Source of the DNA: Candidatus Nealsonbacteria bacterium
Lineage (GTDB): Bacteria > Patescibacteriota > Minisyncoccia > Minisyncoccales > JBGOYX01
Direction: 5' to 3'
DNA: 64,000 nt
Assembly (NCBI GenBank): GCA_963820485.1
Contig: CAWFZW010000004.1
Coordinates: 61,743-125,742, forward strand
The notes beneath the pieces were generated by a model that saw only the letters and a list, made by a program, of their open reading frames with translations, was not told the DNA's origin and ran no database searches. The translations under genes were made by a program, and so were the position numbers. Positions 40,386 through 50,231 of the stretch are shown here, one piece after another (within the stretch, counting starts at the first letter, position 1; every line of letters starts with the position of its first letter).

Positions 40386-41069
40386 TCACTTGCCCACCAT
40401 CACTACAAATTCTCCTTTAATTTTGTCTTTTTCAATTTCTTCCATTACTTTTCCGATATTTCCCATATAAATTGTTTCAAATTTTTTAGTTAATTCGCGC
40501 GCCACAACCATTCTTAAATTTTGATTTAAAATCTTCAATTCGTTTAAGGTTTTTAAAATTCTGTGGGGCGACTCATAAAAAATTACAGGATATTTTAAGT
40601 TCGCCAGCTGGCGGATTATTTCTTCAAAGAATTTTTTTCTTTTTCTTTTTGCGGGCGGAAAACCCATAAAAATGAATTTATCCACTGGAAAACCGGAAAT
40701 ACTGGCTGCTGCCGTCACTGCCGAGGGGCCGGGAATTGGAACGACTTTTACTAAATCACTCAATGACTCAATTACTTTTTCCACCAACTTATTTCCCGGA
40801 TCAGAAATTCCCGGGGTGCCGGCGTCTGAAACCAAAGCTAAGTTTTTTCCTCGTTTTAAGAGATTAATAATATAATCAATTTTCTGAAGCCTTGAATGTT
40901 GGTGATAGCTTAAGGTCGGCGTTTTTATCTGGTAATGCTCTAATAATTTCTTAGTGGTTCTCGTGTCTTCGCATAAAATTAAATCAACCTCCGTTAAAAT
41001 ACGGAGGGCTCGCTTGGTTATATCTTCCAAATTACCAATAGGAGTAGCGACAATATATAGTGCGCTCAT
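40386..41069 (-). CDS. rsmI: 16S rRNA (cytidine1402-2'-O)-methyltransferase
   Basis: Intact 227 aa. LYIVATPIGNLEDIT and ILCEDTR motifs. Confidence 0.9.
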   Translation of the reverse strand: MSALYIVATPIGNLEDITKRALRILTEVDLILCEDTRTTKKLLEHYQIKTPTLSYHQHSRLQKIDYIINLLKRGKNLALVSDAGTPGISDPGNKLVEKVIESLSDLVKVVPIPGPSAVTAAASISGFPVDKFIFMGFPPAKRKRKKFFEEIIRQLANLKYPVIFYESPHRILKTLNELKILNQNLRMVVARELTKKFETIYMGNIGKVMEEIEKDKIKGEFVVMVGK

Positions 41070-41084
41070 AACGGTTTTAAAATA

Positions 41085-42114
41085 TTACAAAACAACTGTT
41101 TTTTCTTCTTGTTTTTTCTTTAAGAAATCCTTTATAAATTCAAATAAAATTCCAAAGAGAGGAATAGCCAAAACCGCTCCTAAAAATCCCCAAAGAGTTC
41201 CGCCGATAGCCAAAGCAACTAAAACTAAAGCTGGCGGCAACCCCACAAATTTTCTGGTTAATATTGGCGTAAGAATATTGCTTTCCAACTGTTGAATCAG
41301 AATAAAAACCAATAAAACAAAAACTGCCTTCCAAAAATTATCAATCAAAACAACAAGAAAAATAATGATTCCGGCAATTAACGGCCCGACTATCGGAACA
41401 AAGTTGGTAACTCCCGCTAATAACCCCAAAGAGAAAGGATATTTAGTATTAAAAAGTAAAAATGTAAGATAGGAAATTAATCCTACAAACAAAGCGCCTA
41501 GAATTCTTGAAAAAAACCAGCCGTTAACTTTAGTTTGGCATCTATGCCAAAGAGAAAGAATATATGCCTCATACTTTTTAGGAAAAAGCAAACTTAAACT
41601 TTTCTCAATCGGTTTTTCTTCCAAAGATAAGAAAAATAGCAATAGTTAAAACAAATATGGTTGAAAATATGCCTCCGAAAATAACAAAAAAGGCATTTAA
41701 AATATTAGTTGCTATTTTTTCAATGTGTCCGCTTAAAAGATTGATAAAATTCTCTAAATTCTCAAAAGCTGGTATCCCCAAACCTCTTAAAGAAGGAGAA
41801 ATTTTCTCAAAATATTGGGGGAAAATCTTGGAAAAATTAGAAATCTCAGAAACAAATACGGAACTGGTTGAATAAATAAAAAGGGAAATTAACCCAAAAA
41901 CAAAAAAGTAGATAAAAATCGTTGCAATTACCCTTGGAACCTTTCTTTTCTGTAAAAAATCAATTGCTGGATTAAATAAAACAGAAATTATTAAAGCGAA
42001 AATAAACCAAACAACGATATCCCGAATTAAATAAAGAATATAAAAACCGAGAACGGCTATGGCTATTTTAAAAATTGATTCCCAAGAAATATCCAATATT
42101 TTTTCTTGACTCAT
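41085..42114 (-). CDS. AI-2E family transporter (PerM/UPF0118), one frameshift near 41620
   Basis: Fragments 41605..42114 and 41085..41642. Multi-TM, with the C-terminal pattern PALVLVALAIGGTLWGFLGAVLAIPL. Confidence 0.8.
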
Positions 42115-42128
42115 AATTTAAACGCTTC

Positions 42129-43431
42129 CTATAAATTATATCGAATGAAGTTCACTATAATTTTAATAATTTTTGAAATTTCTGCTTTTTCTTTAAAAGG
42201 TCCTATCAAAGCTAAATTTAATTTTTTTGGCTGGAAAATTTCTTTCGCTACTTTTAGAATATCATCTTGGCTGACTTTATCAATCTTTTGACATTCTTCT
42301 TCGGGAGTAGAAATTTTATTCTCTAAAATCTCTTGAGAGCCGAGATAAGCCGCCCAAGCATCGGAAGTTTCCAGACCCAATAGAATATGTCCTTTAATAT
42401 TGTCTTTTGCCTTTTGAAGTTCTTCTTTCGGGACCTTTTTTTCTTTGAGTTTTTTATATTCTTTCAAGATAATTTTTATCGCTTCTTCGGTTCTTTTGTT
42501 ATCAATTCCGGCGTGAGTAACTAAATATCCCGTGTCGGTGTAATCTTCAGCCATTGTCCTGATATAATAAGCCATTCCTCTTTTGTCTCTGATTTCAATA
42601 AACAGCCGGGAACTCATAATTCCGCCCAAAAGATTGGAAAGAACGGCTAAGGGATATTTTTTAGGTGAAAAAATATTATAAGCCCTGACGCCCAAAGTTA
42701 AGTGAGTTTGATCTGTTTCTTTTTCCTGGAGCAAAACCTGGGGAGATTTTTGCTTTTCAATGACCGGTTTTTTGGATAGGGTTTTAATTTTTTTAAATTT
42801 CCCGAAAAAATTTTTAATTTTGAGAATTGCTTCTTTTTCTTTAAAATTTCCCGCCAAAACAATAACAACATTCTTTGCTCCTAATTGCGATTTAAAATAA
42901 TTTAAAATATCTTTTCTGGAAATTTTTCTGACCGTTTCTTTTTCTCCGAGCAATTGGCCAGCCCGCCGGCTGATTTCCGTATAAAAGCTCTTCCCAAAGA
43001 TTTAAAATATGGATTTGAGGAGTATCTAAAAACATATTAATTTCTTCAATAATCGCCATTTTTTCTTTTTCTATTTCTTTTTCTTGAAAAAGAGAATTAA
43101 AAATCATATCAGATAAAACATCGCAGGGTAAATCAAAATGTTTTGAATCAACTTTAACCCAAAATCCCATTAATTCTTTACTTGTAAAAGCATTATAAAT
43201 ACCACCCACCTTGTCTAATTCTTTAACAATATCTAAGGTTTGGGGTCTTTTTTTTGTTCCCCGAAAAACAGTATGCTCTATTAAATGGGAAATGCCGTTT
43301 ATTTCCTTTTTTTCATATTTTGAACCGGCGCCAACCAATATTAAAAGAGTAATAGCTTTGGTACTCTCCATCGGAAAAGTAATAATTCTTAATCCATTTT
43401 TAAGAGTAGTTTTACGAAACATTTTTTCCAT
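42129..43431 (-). CDS. M16-family zinc peptidase (insulinase-like), one frameshift near 42920
   Basis: Fragments 42892..43431 (the HLIEHTVFRGT inverted zinc motif HxxEH) and 42129..42953. Confidence 0.85.
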
Positions 43432-43527
43432 TATACCCGATAGTAAAAATTTGACAAATATTTATTTTTTGCAAAAAAGTCAAATTTTCACTACTGGGTT
43501 ACACTTTATAATTCTATGAAAAACAAA

Positions 43528-43556
43528 ATGCGCCCCCCCGCTTAGCGGGGGCGCAT
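43528..43556 (-). terminator. GC-rich hairpin terminator after the pilin-adhesin gene
   Basis: ATGCGCCCCCGC-TAA-GCGGGGGGGCGCAT followed by TTTTGTTTTT on the minus strand. Confidence 0.7.
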
Positions 43557-43585
43557 TAAAATGTTATTTTTTAATTTTACTTTTT

Positions 43586-45882
43586 TTATTTCAATAATCC
43601 CTTTATTTTAGCTATTAAATCTGTTATTAAATCGGTAATCATTTGGACAACAGAAGCCAATTGACTTTCTTTGTTTTGTGGCTCAAAACTACTTCCGCCG
43701 CAATTTGCATCACAGGTCGCTTTAGAATTTGTTATAAAACCATAACCGCCCCAGGCAGCAGCGCAACAATAAGGCGCAGATGACGTTGCGGTATTATATA
43801 AACCACATCTGCAGGGCAGTACGGCATTAGAATATTGGCATGAAGAGTAAGTACAGGTTGGTGTTGGGGTTGAGGTAGGCGTGGGGGTTGGAGTGGCTGT
43901 ACCACAATTTGCATCACAGGTTGTTTTAGAATTTGATGTAATACCACTACCGCCATTACCAGCAGCGCAGCAATAAGGATAAGATGCTGTTGCGGTATTG
44001 GATGAACCGCATTTACAGGGCAGTACGGCATTAGAATATTGGCATGAAGAGTAAGTACAGGTTGGTGTTGGGGTTGGAGTTGGAGTTGGGGTTGGAGTAG
44101 GGGTTGGAGTAGGAGTTGGTGTTGGGGTTGGGGTTGGGGTTGGAGTGGGTGTACCGCAATAAGAATCGCAGGTCGCTTTAGAGTTTGTTACAAAACCATA
44201 ACCGCTCAAATAAGAAGCGCAGCAATAAGGATAAGATGCTGTTGCGGTATTGGATGAACCGCATTTACAGGGCAGTACGGCATTAGAATATTGACATGAA
44301 GAGTAAGTACAGGTTGGGGTTGGGGTTGGGGTTGGGGTAGGGGTAGGGGTTGGTGTTGGAGTGGGTGTTGGAGTGGGTGTTGGGGTTGGGGTTGGCGTTG
44401 GGGTTGGCGTTGGGGTGGGGGTTGGGGTTGGGATTGGAGTTGGAGTGGGGGTTGGAGTTGGGGTGGGGGTGGGGGTAGTAAGATTGAACATAGTCCCAAC
44501 TGAAGTGTCAGAATTTAAAGTTAAGGTACAAATATTATTAGTGCTACCAGAGCAAGCTCCCGACCAACCTGCAAAGATGGAACCAGAAAAAATAGAGGCG
44601 GTTAGAGTAACTTGTGTTCCTTGAGTATAGTTTTCTGAACAATCTGTTCCGCAGTTAATACCTGAAAGAGAACTAGTAATATTGCCGGAACCTGTTCCTA
44701 ATTTTGAAATATTTAAAGTATATGTGGTACCGCCTACAAGATTAAACGCAGCTCCAACTGAAGTATTGGAATTTAAAGTCAGAGTGCAGGTGCTGGTACC
44801 GGAGCAAGCTCCTGACCAGCCAGTAAAGGTGGAACCTGCGGCCGGAGAAGCGGTAAGAGTAATTTGAGTTCCTTGGTTGTAATCTTCAGTACAATCTGTG
44901 CCGCAGTTAATACCAGAGGGGGAAGAAGTAACTGTTCCTGAACCTGTGCCTGATTTGGAGAGAGTTAAGGTATAGCTTGTGGGTAGTAGTAAGATTAAAG
45001 GCAGCTCCGACTGAAATATTAGAATTCAAAGTAATAGTACAGGTAGTTTTAGTACCCGAGCAAGCTCCTGACCAGCCTGCAAAAGTGGAACCTGTGGTTG
45101 GAGTGGCGGTTAAGAGTAATTTTAGTACCAGAAACAAATTTAATACTGCAAGTGCTTCCGCAGTTAATACCAGAAGGAGAACTATTAATAGTTCCAGAAC
45201 CTGTGCCTGATTTGGAAATCGTAACGGTTTTTGAGTTGTTGGGTTGGTGTTGAAGAGGGTTTAGGTGTCGCTGTCGGAGTTGGAGATGAAGGTGTGATGT
45301 TGGAGTTGGAGTAATTACGGGGGAAAGGTTGGTGTGGGTTCGGGGGTAAGTGATGGAGTGATTGTTGGCATTGTAAAACCTTTGCTTCCGGGTTGATTAA
45401 GATTAGAAACACAATACTCTTGTTTGGTTCTTTCTAATTTATTAGCGCAAATTTTCCAGGAACAACCTTTTGTCTGCTTGACAAATATTAAAACCTTCGC
45501 CATTGTCTGGTTCAAAATAATAATAGTAAGGATTGCGATCTATGGGGTCAATCGGAAGTTTGGCAATCAAGTCTGGCAGTAAAACTCTTAAATCCGTCCT
45601 GTCGCACCAATTATCCCCATCAGGCAGGGTTTGATCATCACTGCACCCCATACTGGTGTCAAAATAATGATTTTCTTCGGGATATTTATCGTATACTGAC
45701 CAATACGTTTCCAAAGCGTCGGCTATTTGTTTTACATCTGCTTCTCTTTTTGCGTCTCTCTTTTTTTCATTAATAGATTTGAGATTCATAAAAACTATGG
45801 TACCCAAAACAGCAACAGCTATTAACACCCAAACCACGCTTAACCCTTTTTGTTTCAACACAGTTGTTGTTGAAATTTTCAT
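43586..45882 (-). CDS. mosaic surface protein: pseudopilin-like N-terminus + Pro/Thr linkers + 3 InlB-type B-repeat domains + 3 eight-Cys modules (several frameshifts)
   Basis: Fragments 45442..45882 (hydrophobic N-terminus, then [27 protein letters not shown] as in GspG/pilins), 45315..45515, 45185..45412, 44907..45137 ([38 protein letters not shown]) and 43586..44491 (TP repeats; [18 protein letters not shown]...YCCA...CDxxCG three times). Confidence 0.7.
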
Positions 45883-45886
45883 ATTT

Positions 45887-47251
45887 TTATTTTTCTAATT
45901 TTTCTTTTAAAATATTGATTAATTCATCAATTTTAATTCTTTCTTGTTTCATTGTGTCGCGGTCTCTCAATGTCACATCATTTTCTTTTAAGGTTTCAAA
46001 ATCAATTGTAATAGCGAAGGGTACTCCGATTTCATCCAATCTGCGATATCTTCTGCCGATTGAACCCACTTCATCGTATTGGCAAGTAAAGTGGGGTTTT
46101 AAAAGATTATAAACCTCTTTGGCTTTTTCAACTAATTCTGGCTTATTTTTAACTAAAGGTAAAACCGCTACTTTTATCGGAGCTATTTTTTTATCTAATT
46201 TTAACAAAACTTCAATTTCTTTTGCGGCTTCGGTTGTTTCTGTTCTGCCACCCTTTATTTCTTCATAAGCATCGCACAAAACTGCCAAAATCGCTCTTTC
46301 TAATCCCATTGTAGGTTCTATCACATAAGGAAAATATTTTTTATTTTTCTCATCATCATAATATTGTAGGTCCTGGCCGGAAAATTGACTGTGTCTTTTT
46401 AAATCAAAATCTGTTCTATTTGCTACTCCAGCTAATTCTGACCAGCCAAATGGAAATTTATACTCAATATCAACCGTTCTTTTTGAATAATGAGCTAAAC
46501 TTTTTTTCGGGTGTTCAAAACTTCTCAAATTTTCTTTTTTTAATCCTAAATCTAAAAAGAATTTTTCCCATTTATCCAACCAAGCCTCAAAATATTTTTC
46601 ATCTTTTTCTGACTCAACAAAATATTCAATTTCGGCAAGATCAAATTCCCGGGAACGAAAAATAAAATCGCCGAGAGTAATTTCGTTTCTAAAAGACCTG
46701 CCAATTTGAGCAATACCAAAAGGTAATTTCAATCTCATTGAATTTAAAACATTCTGAAAATTAGTAAATATTGATTGGGCAGTTTCCGGCCGTAAATAGG
46801 TTTCGTGGGTTTTATCTTCTACCGGACCTAAAAAAGTTTTAAACATTAAATTAAAAAGACGCGGTTCAGTAAATTCATTTTTACCGCAATTTGGGCATTG
46901 ATTCTTGGTCTTGGCCTTTCCCTGACCAGCGAAACGGCCCGCTGCCATATGGTCAGCCCGATAACGAAAATGACAATTTTTGCATTCAACTAAAGGATCT
47001 GTGAAATTTTCCAAATGGCCTGATGCTTCCCAAGTTTTAGGATGCATTAAAACTGTGCCATCAATTAAAACAACATTTTCTTCTTCCAAAATAAATCTTT
47101 TTATCCAAAATTCTCTTAAATTATTTTTCATTAAAGCTCCTAACGGGCCCAAGTCCCAAAGCCCCTCCACCCCGCCATAAATCTCCGAGGATTGAAAAAT
47201 AAATCCCCGTCTCTTACAAAGTGATACAATTTTTTCCATTAGGTTTTCCAT
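45887..47251 (-). CDS. glyQS: glycine--tRNA ligase (class II, dimeric type)
   Basis: Intact 454 aa. RRGFIFQSSEIYGG, FRNEITLGDFIFRSREF, and anticodon-binding C-terminus. Confidence 0.93.
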   Translation of the reverse strand: MENLMEKIVSLCKRRGFIFQSSEIYGGVEGLWDLGPLGALMKNNLREFWIKRFILEEENVVLIDGTVLMHPKTWEASGHLENFTDPLVECKNCHFRYRADHMAAGRFAGQGKAKTKNQCPNCGKNEFTEPRLFNLMFKTFLGPVEDKTHETYLRPETAQSIFTNFQNVLNSMRLKLPFGIAQIGRSFRNEITLGDFIFRSREFDLAEIEYFVESEKDEKYFEAWLDKWEKFFLDLGLKKENLRSFEHPKKSLAHYSKRTVDIEYKFPFGWSELAGVANRTDFDLKRHSQFSGQDLQYYDDEKNKKYFPYVIEPTMGLERAILAVLCDAYEEIKGGRTETTEAAKEIEVLLKLDKKIAPIKVAVLPLVKNKPELVEKAKEVYNLLKPHFTCQYDEVGSIGRRYRRLDEIGVPFAITIDFETLKENDVTLRDRDTMKQERIKIDELINILKEKLEK

Positions 47252-47256
47252 ATTTT

Positions 47257-48963
47257 TTATTCCTCACCCGTCGGGCTGGATTTTAAAGAAGTATCAATTG
47301 CCGGAACCGTACTTTCTATTAGAGTTGAAGCCCAATTGTCTTCGGCTGTGATTGTGGCTTGCCCTACAAGCTGAAAAATCTGATTACCTTGAGAAAAATC
47401 AGGAGTAATGGCAACTTGAAAAGTAACCTTTGGAGCTGAGTTTAAAATTCCCGCCCCGACTCCCAAATCCCCAATTTCCCAAACGATTTCTCTTGACTGG
47501 GAGTCAAAAGTTAGTCTTGAATCTTCCGGGATGATTTTGCCGGTTAATTTAACTTGCGACGGCAAAACGGCTTTCACTTTTACATCTTTTAAATCGTTAT
47601 AATAATTATTAACTTCCCAAACTATTGCGTAAGTGGTGGTCTGGCCGACTTGGGGAGGAATTGGTCCTATATTTTCAAAGCCATCCAGTTGGGCATATCC
47701 TTTTTGAGAAATTTCCAATTTTGAGTTTATTTTAGTTGTAAATTCTTCCTGAACTTGGGATATATAAACCCTATTTTTAATAACCGGATTTCTATCTTGT
47801 GAGCCGGTAAATGATAAATTATTTTTTAATTTTACCCAAAAATCAATCTTTCCCTCTTCTTGAGGAAGCAAAAGCTGAAGCTTTGAAACTCTTTTCCAGT
47901 CAAAAACGACCGAATTATCTCCCGCATTAAAGTCTCCCAGTTCGGACTTTAAACTTTCCAAATCAAAAGCTGCTCCATCCAAAGTTGCCACTAAAAACAA
48001 ATAATCGGACTTTAAACTTTCTAAATCAAAGGCTGCTCCGTCCAAAGTTGCCACTAAAAATAAATTTGTCATAGCTTCCTGACTAAGGTTTTTAAAGAAA
48101 ATTTCATAATGAAGATTATCTCCCAGATTGGCGACGTATTGAGGATTTCCGTTAATCATTTGGGAAATAAAAATGTTAGGCTGGGCGATTTCTACTCCCT
48201 TGGTTGTGTCTTTTAATAAAATAAATTCTCCATTCTGTAAAACACCCAAACTTGCTCTAAAAATTTTCTGTCCTCCTACGTCTCCCCTAAGAATACCTGA
48301 AATTTCAATTCTTCCTCCCTCGGCTTTATTTAAAAGGGGGATTTCCCACTCGGTTTTATCCAAAGCAGTAGGGTTGGAATCAATAAATTCAAAGTCAGAA
48401 GGATAATCGATTTTTACTCTCAAGTTGGAAAGAGGATAATTTGCATTTGAAAAATAATTTAACTTAAAATTGGTCGTTTTACCGGATTCTATTTTTGAAG
48501 GAATATCAAACTCAAAGGTGATGGGAACTTTTTTAATAATTGTGGTGAAGGTGGTGGTTACTTCATAACGAGCACTTAAGTTTTTTGGCTTAAAATTCAA
48601 CCAAGCTTTGGCTTCTTTGGTTTCATTTTCTTTTCCAAATAGTCTTGCTTTAAAAGAATAAGTTTTTTCTTGACCGGGATAAATGGGTTCTAATACGATT
48701 TCTTTTCTTAAAAAACTTTCCCCCTCCACAATTGAATATTTTGGATATTCAAAAATAAGCTTTGGCTCTTCTAATTTAAAATTGCCGTTGTTTTTATATT
48801 TAACAATGTATTCAACCTCCTCGCCAAGGTCTGTTTCATTGGGTCCTAAAATTTCCAATTTCAAAACTGATTTTGAATAGACGTTTCTTTGGTAATACCA
48901 AAAACCCAAAACTCCCAAAATTACCGCAAAAATTATAAGAAAAAAAATGATTTTTTTACGCAT
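47257..48963 (-). CDS. large membrane-anchored hypothetical surface protein with an internal 21-aa tandem duplication
   Basis: Intact 568 aa. N-terminal TM (IIFFLIIFAVILGVLGFWYY). Beta-rich repeats. Duplicated LFLVATLDGAAFDLESLKS. Confidence 0.75.
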   Translation of the reverse strand: MRKKIIFFLIIFAVILGVLGFWYYQRNVYSKSVLKLEILGPNETDLGEEVEYIVKYKNNGNFKLEEPKLIFEYPKYSIVEGESFLRKEIVLEPIYPGQEKTYSFKARLFGKENETKEAKAWLNFKPKNLSARYEVTTTFTTIIKKVPITFEFDIPSKIESGKTTNFKLNYFSNANYPLSNLRVKIDYPSDFEFIDSNPTALDKTEWEIPLLNKAEGGRIEISGILRGDVGGQKIFRASLGVLQNGEFILLKDTTKGVEIAQPNIFISQMINGNPQYVANLGDNLHYEIFFKNLSQEAMTNLFLVATLDGAAFDLESLKSDYLFLVATLDGAAFDLESLKSELGDFNAGDNSVVFDWKRVSKLQLLLPQEEGKIDFWVKLKNNLSFTGSQDRNPVIKNRVYISQVQEEFTTKINSKLEISQKGYAQLDGFENIGPIPPQVGQTTTYAIVWEVNNYYNDLKDVKVKAVLPSQVKLTGKIIPEDSRLTFDSQSREIVWEIGDLGVGAGILNSAPKVTFQVAITPDFSQGNQIFQLVGQATITAEDNWASTLIESTVPAIDTSLKSSPTGEE

Positions 48964-49105
48964 ATAATTATCTTATTTTAACATAATTTAACTAATTACC
49001 GCTACCTATCGACTTTTTTATAGCAAACTTTAGTTTGATATATCAAAGTTTCCCTTTGCTATAAATAGAAAAAAGTAATCCGAAATTATTTTTAAAGTTT
49101 TTAAA

Positions 49106-49772
49106 TCAGTCGGAATTAACCTTTAGTTTTTTCGCGGTTTGCCAGTCCTTTTTAAGGAAAATTCTGATAATTTTGATTGTTTCTTGCTCAATTTTTTTAC
49201 CCTGCTTGTTTTTATCTAAAACAAGAAGCACAAATTACTCCTCCTTCTTCCGGGTCAAAGTATAGGTTTCCAGCGGCCAATTTCTTTTGGCAAATGGAAC
49301 ATTTGTATAATTCGGGTTCATATCCAAGAATGGAAAGAAAATTCCAAAGGAAATAATAATATAGTAATTGTAAGTTATAGATTGTAAATTGGAGATTATT
49401 TAGTTTGTCAAAAGTTTCATCAAGTAAATTCCACAACTTTTCGTCTCTCTCTTGGCCTTTAACTAATTCATCAAAAACTTCGGAAATTTTAGAGGCGATT
49501 TTTAATTTCCTTAAATTTTTTCTTATATTTTCAAATTTTTCAATTAAAATGGCGTCGGTTAAGGTTTTGTGAGTTTTTCCCTGAATGAATTCAATGTCCG
49601 ACAAATAGAAAATATCTATCCCCGATCTTAATTTTGAAGAAATTTTCCGAATCGCTTTTCCTAAAATTTCCAATTTTCCGAATCTTTTTGTATAAATCGT
49701 AAATAACTGGTTGCTTTCGCCCCGGTTTTCTTTTTTCAAAACAAAACCCTGACTCCTGTAATGAACGAACAT
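49106..49772 (-). CDS. recO: DNA repair protein RecO (frameshift near 49215)
   Basis: ORF 49212..49772 (OB-fold N-terminus, CSICQKKL...VICASC zinc motif). C-terminal 35 aa recovered in another frame, ending at 49106. Confidence 0.8.
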
Positions 49773-49773
49773 T

Positions 49774-50124
49774 TTATTTACCTAGGAGTTGTTGTTCAAT
49801 TAATTTATATTCTCTTTGCCTTTTTATTCTTTCGGCTGGGTCAGGAGTTTCGGAAATTCTTCTTTTTTCTTTTTGTAAAACGAATGGTATTTTTTGTTTT
49901 GTTATAAAATCACCATGATCCTTTCTTAATCGATCGGATAGATTTTTCATATCTCCAAGAGAAGATGCTCCGGGGTAGCCAGGGACAATACGAGGAGCAT
50001 ACCGAAACGCTCCTGTTTTAAAATCCTGCCTTCCACGAAATATCGATTTGTCTGGAGGAGGAACAACTGGTTTTGGTGGAACTCCACCTGGCCTTCCCGG
50101 TTGTTGAGGTAATGGTTGCGGCAT
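49774..50124 (-). CDS. proline-rich hypothetical protein
   Basis: 116 aa ORF abutting recO. No recognisable motif. Confidence 0.5.
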   Translation of the reverse strand: MPQPLPQQPGRPGGVPPKPVVPPPDKSIFRGRQDFKTGAFRYAPRIVPGYPGASSLGDMKNLSDRLRKDHGDFITKQKIPFVLQKEKRRISETPDPAERIKRQREYKLIEQQLLGK

Positions 50125-50231
50125 AGTTTTTTAATATTTAAAAATTTAATATTCGACCTTTACCCCTACACCATAACGAATATCATGCTCTATTTAGTTA
50201 AATATTATTTATATTTATTTGGTGCGGATTT

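Noticed and set aside
43586-44500. The ggttgg/ggggtt microsatellite-like tracts as non-coding repeats or telomere-like sequence.
   Set aside because: On the minus strand they read as continuous (Thr-Pro)n linkers, in frame with the flanking Cys-rich modules of a single ORF.
44361-44624. Plus-strand ORFs encoding (GV)n and similar low-complexity peptides (44361..44624, 44682..44867, 44977..45210), plus the many other antisense track ORFs (for example 1597..1836, 2967..3227, 9493..9918, 16455..16826, 51656..52150).
   Set aside because: They are mirror images of well-supported minus- or plus-strand genes (PT linkers, B-repeats, topA, ileS and others). They lack start-site signals and have compositions dictated by the opposite strand.
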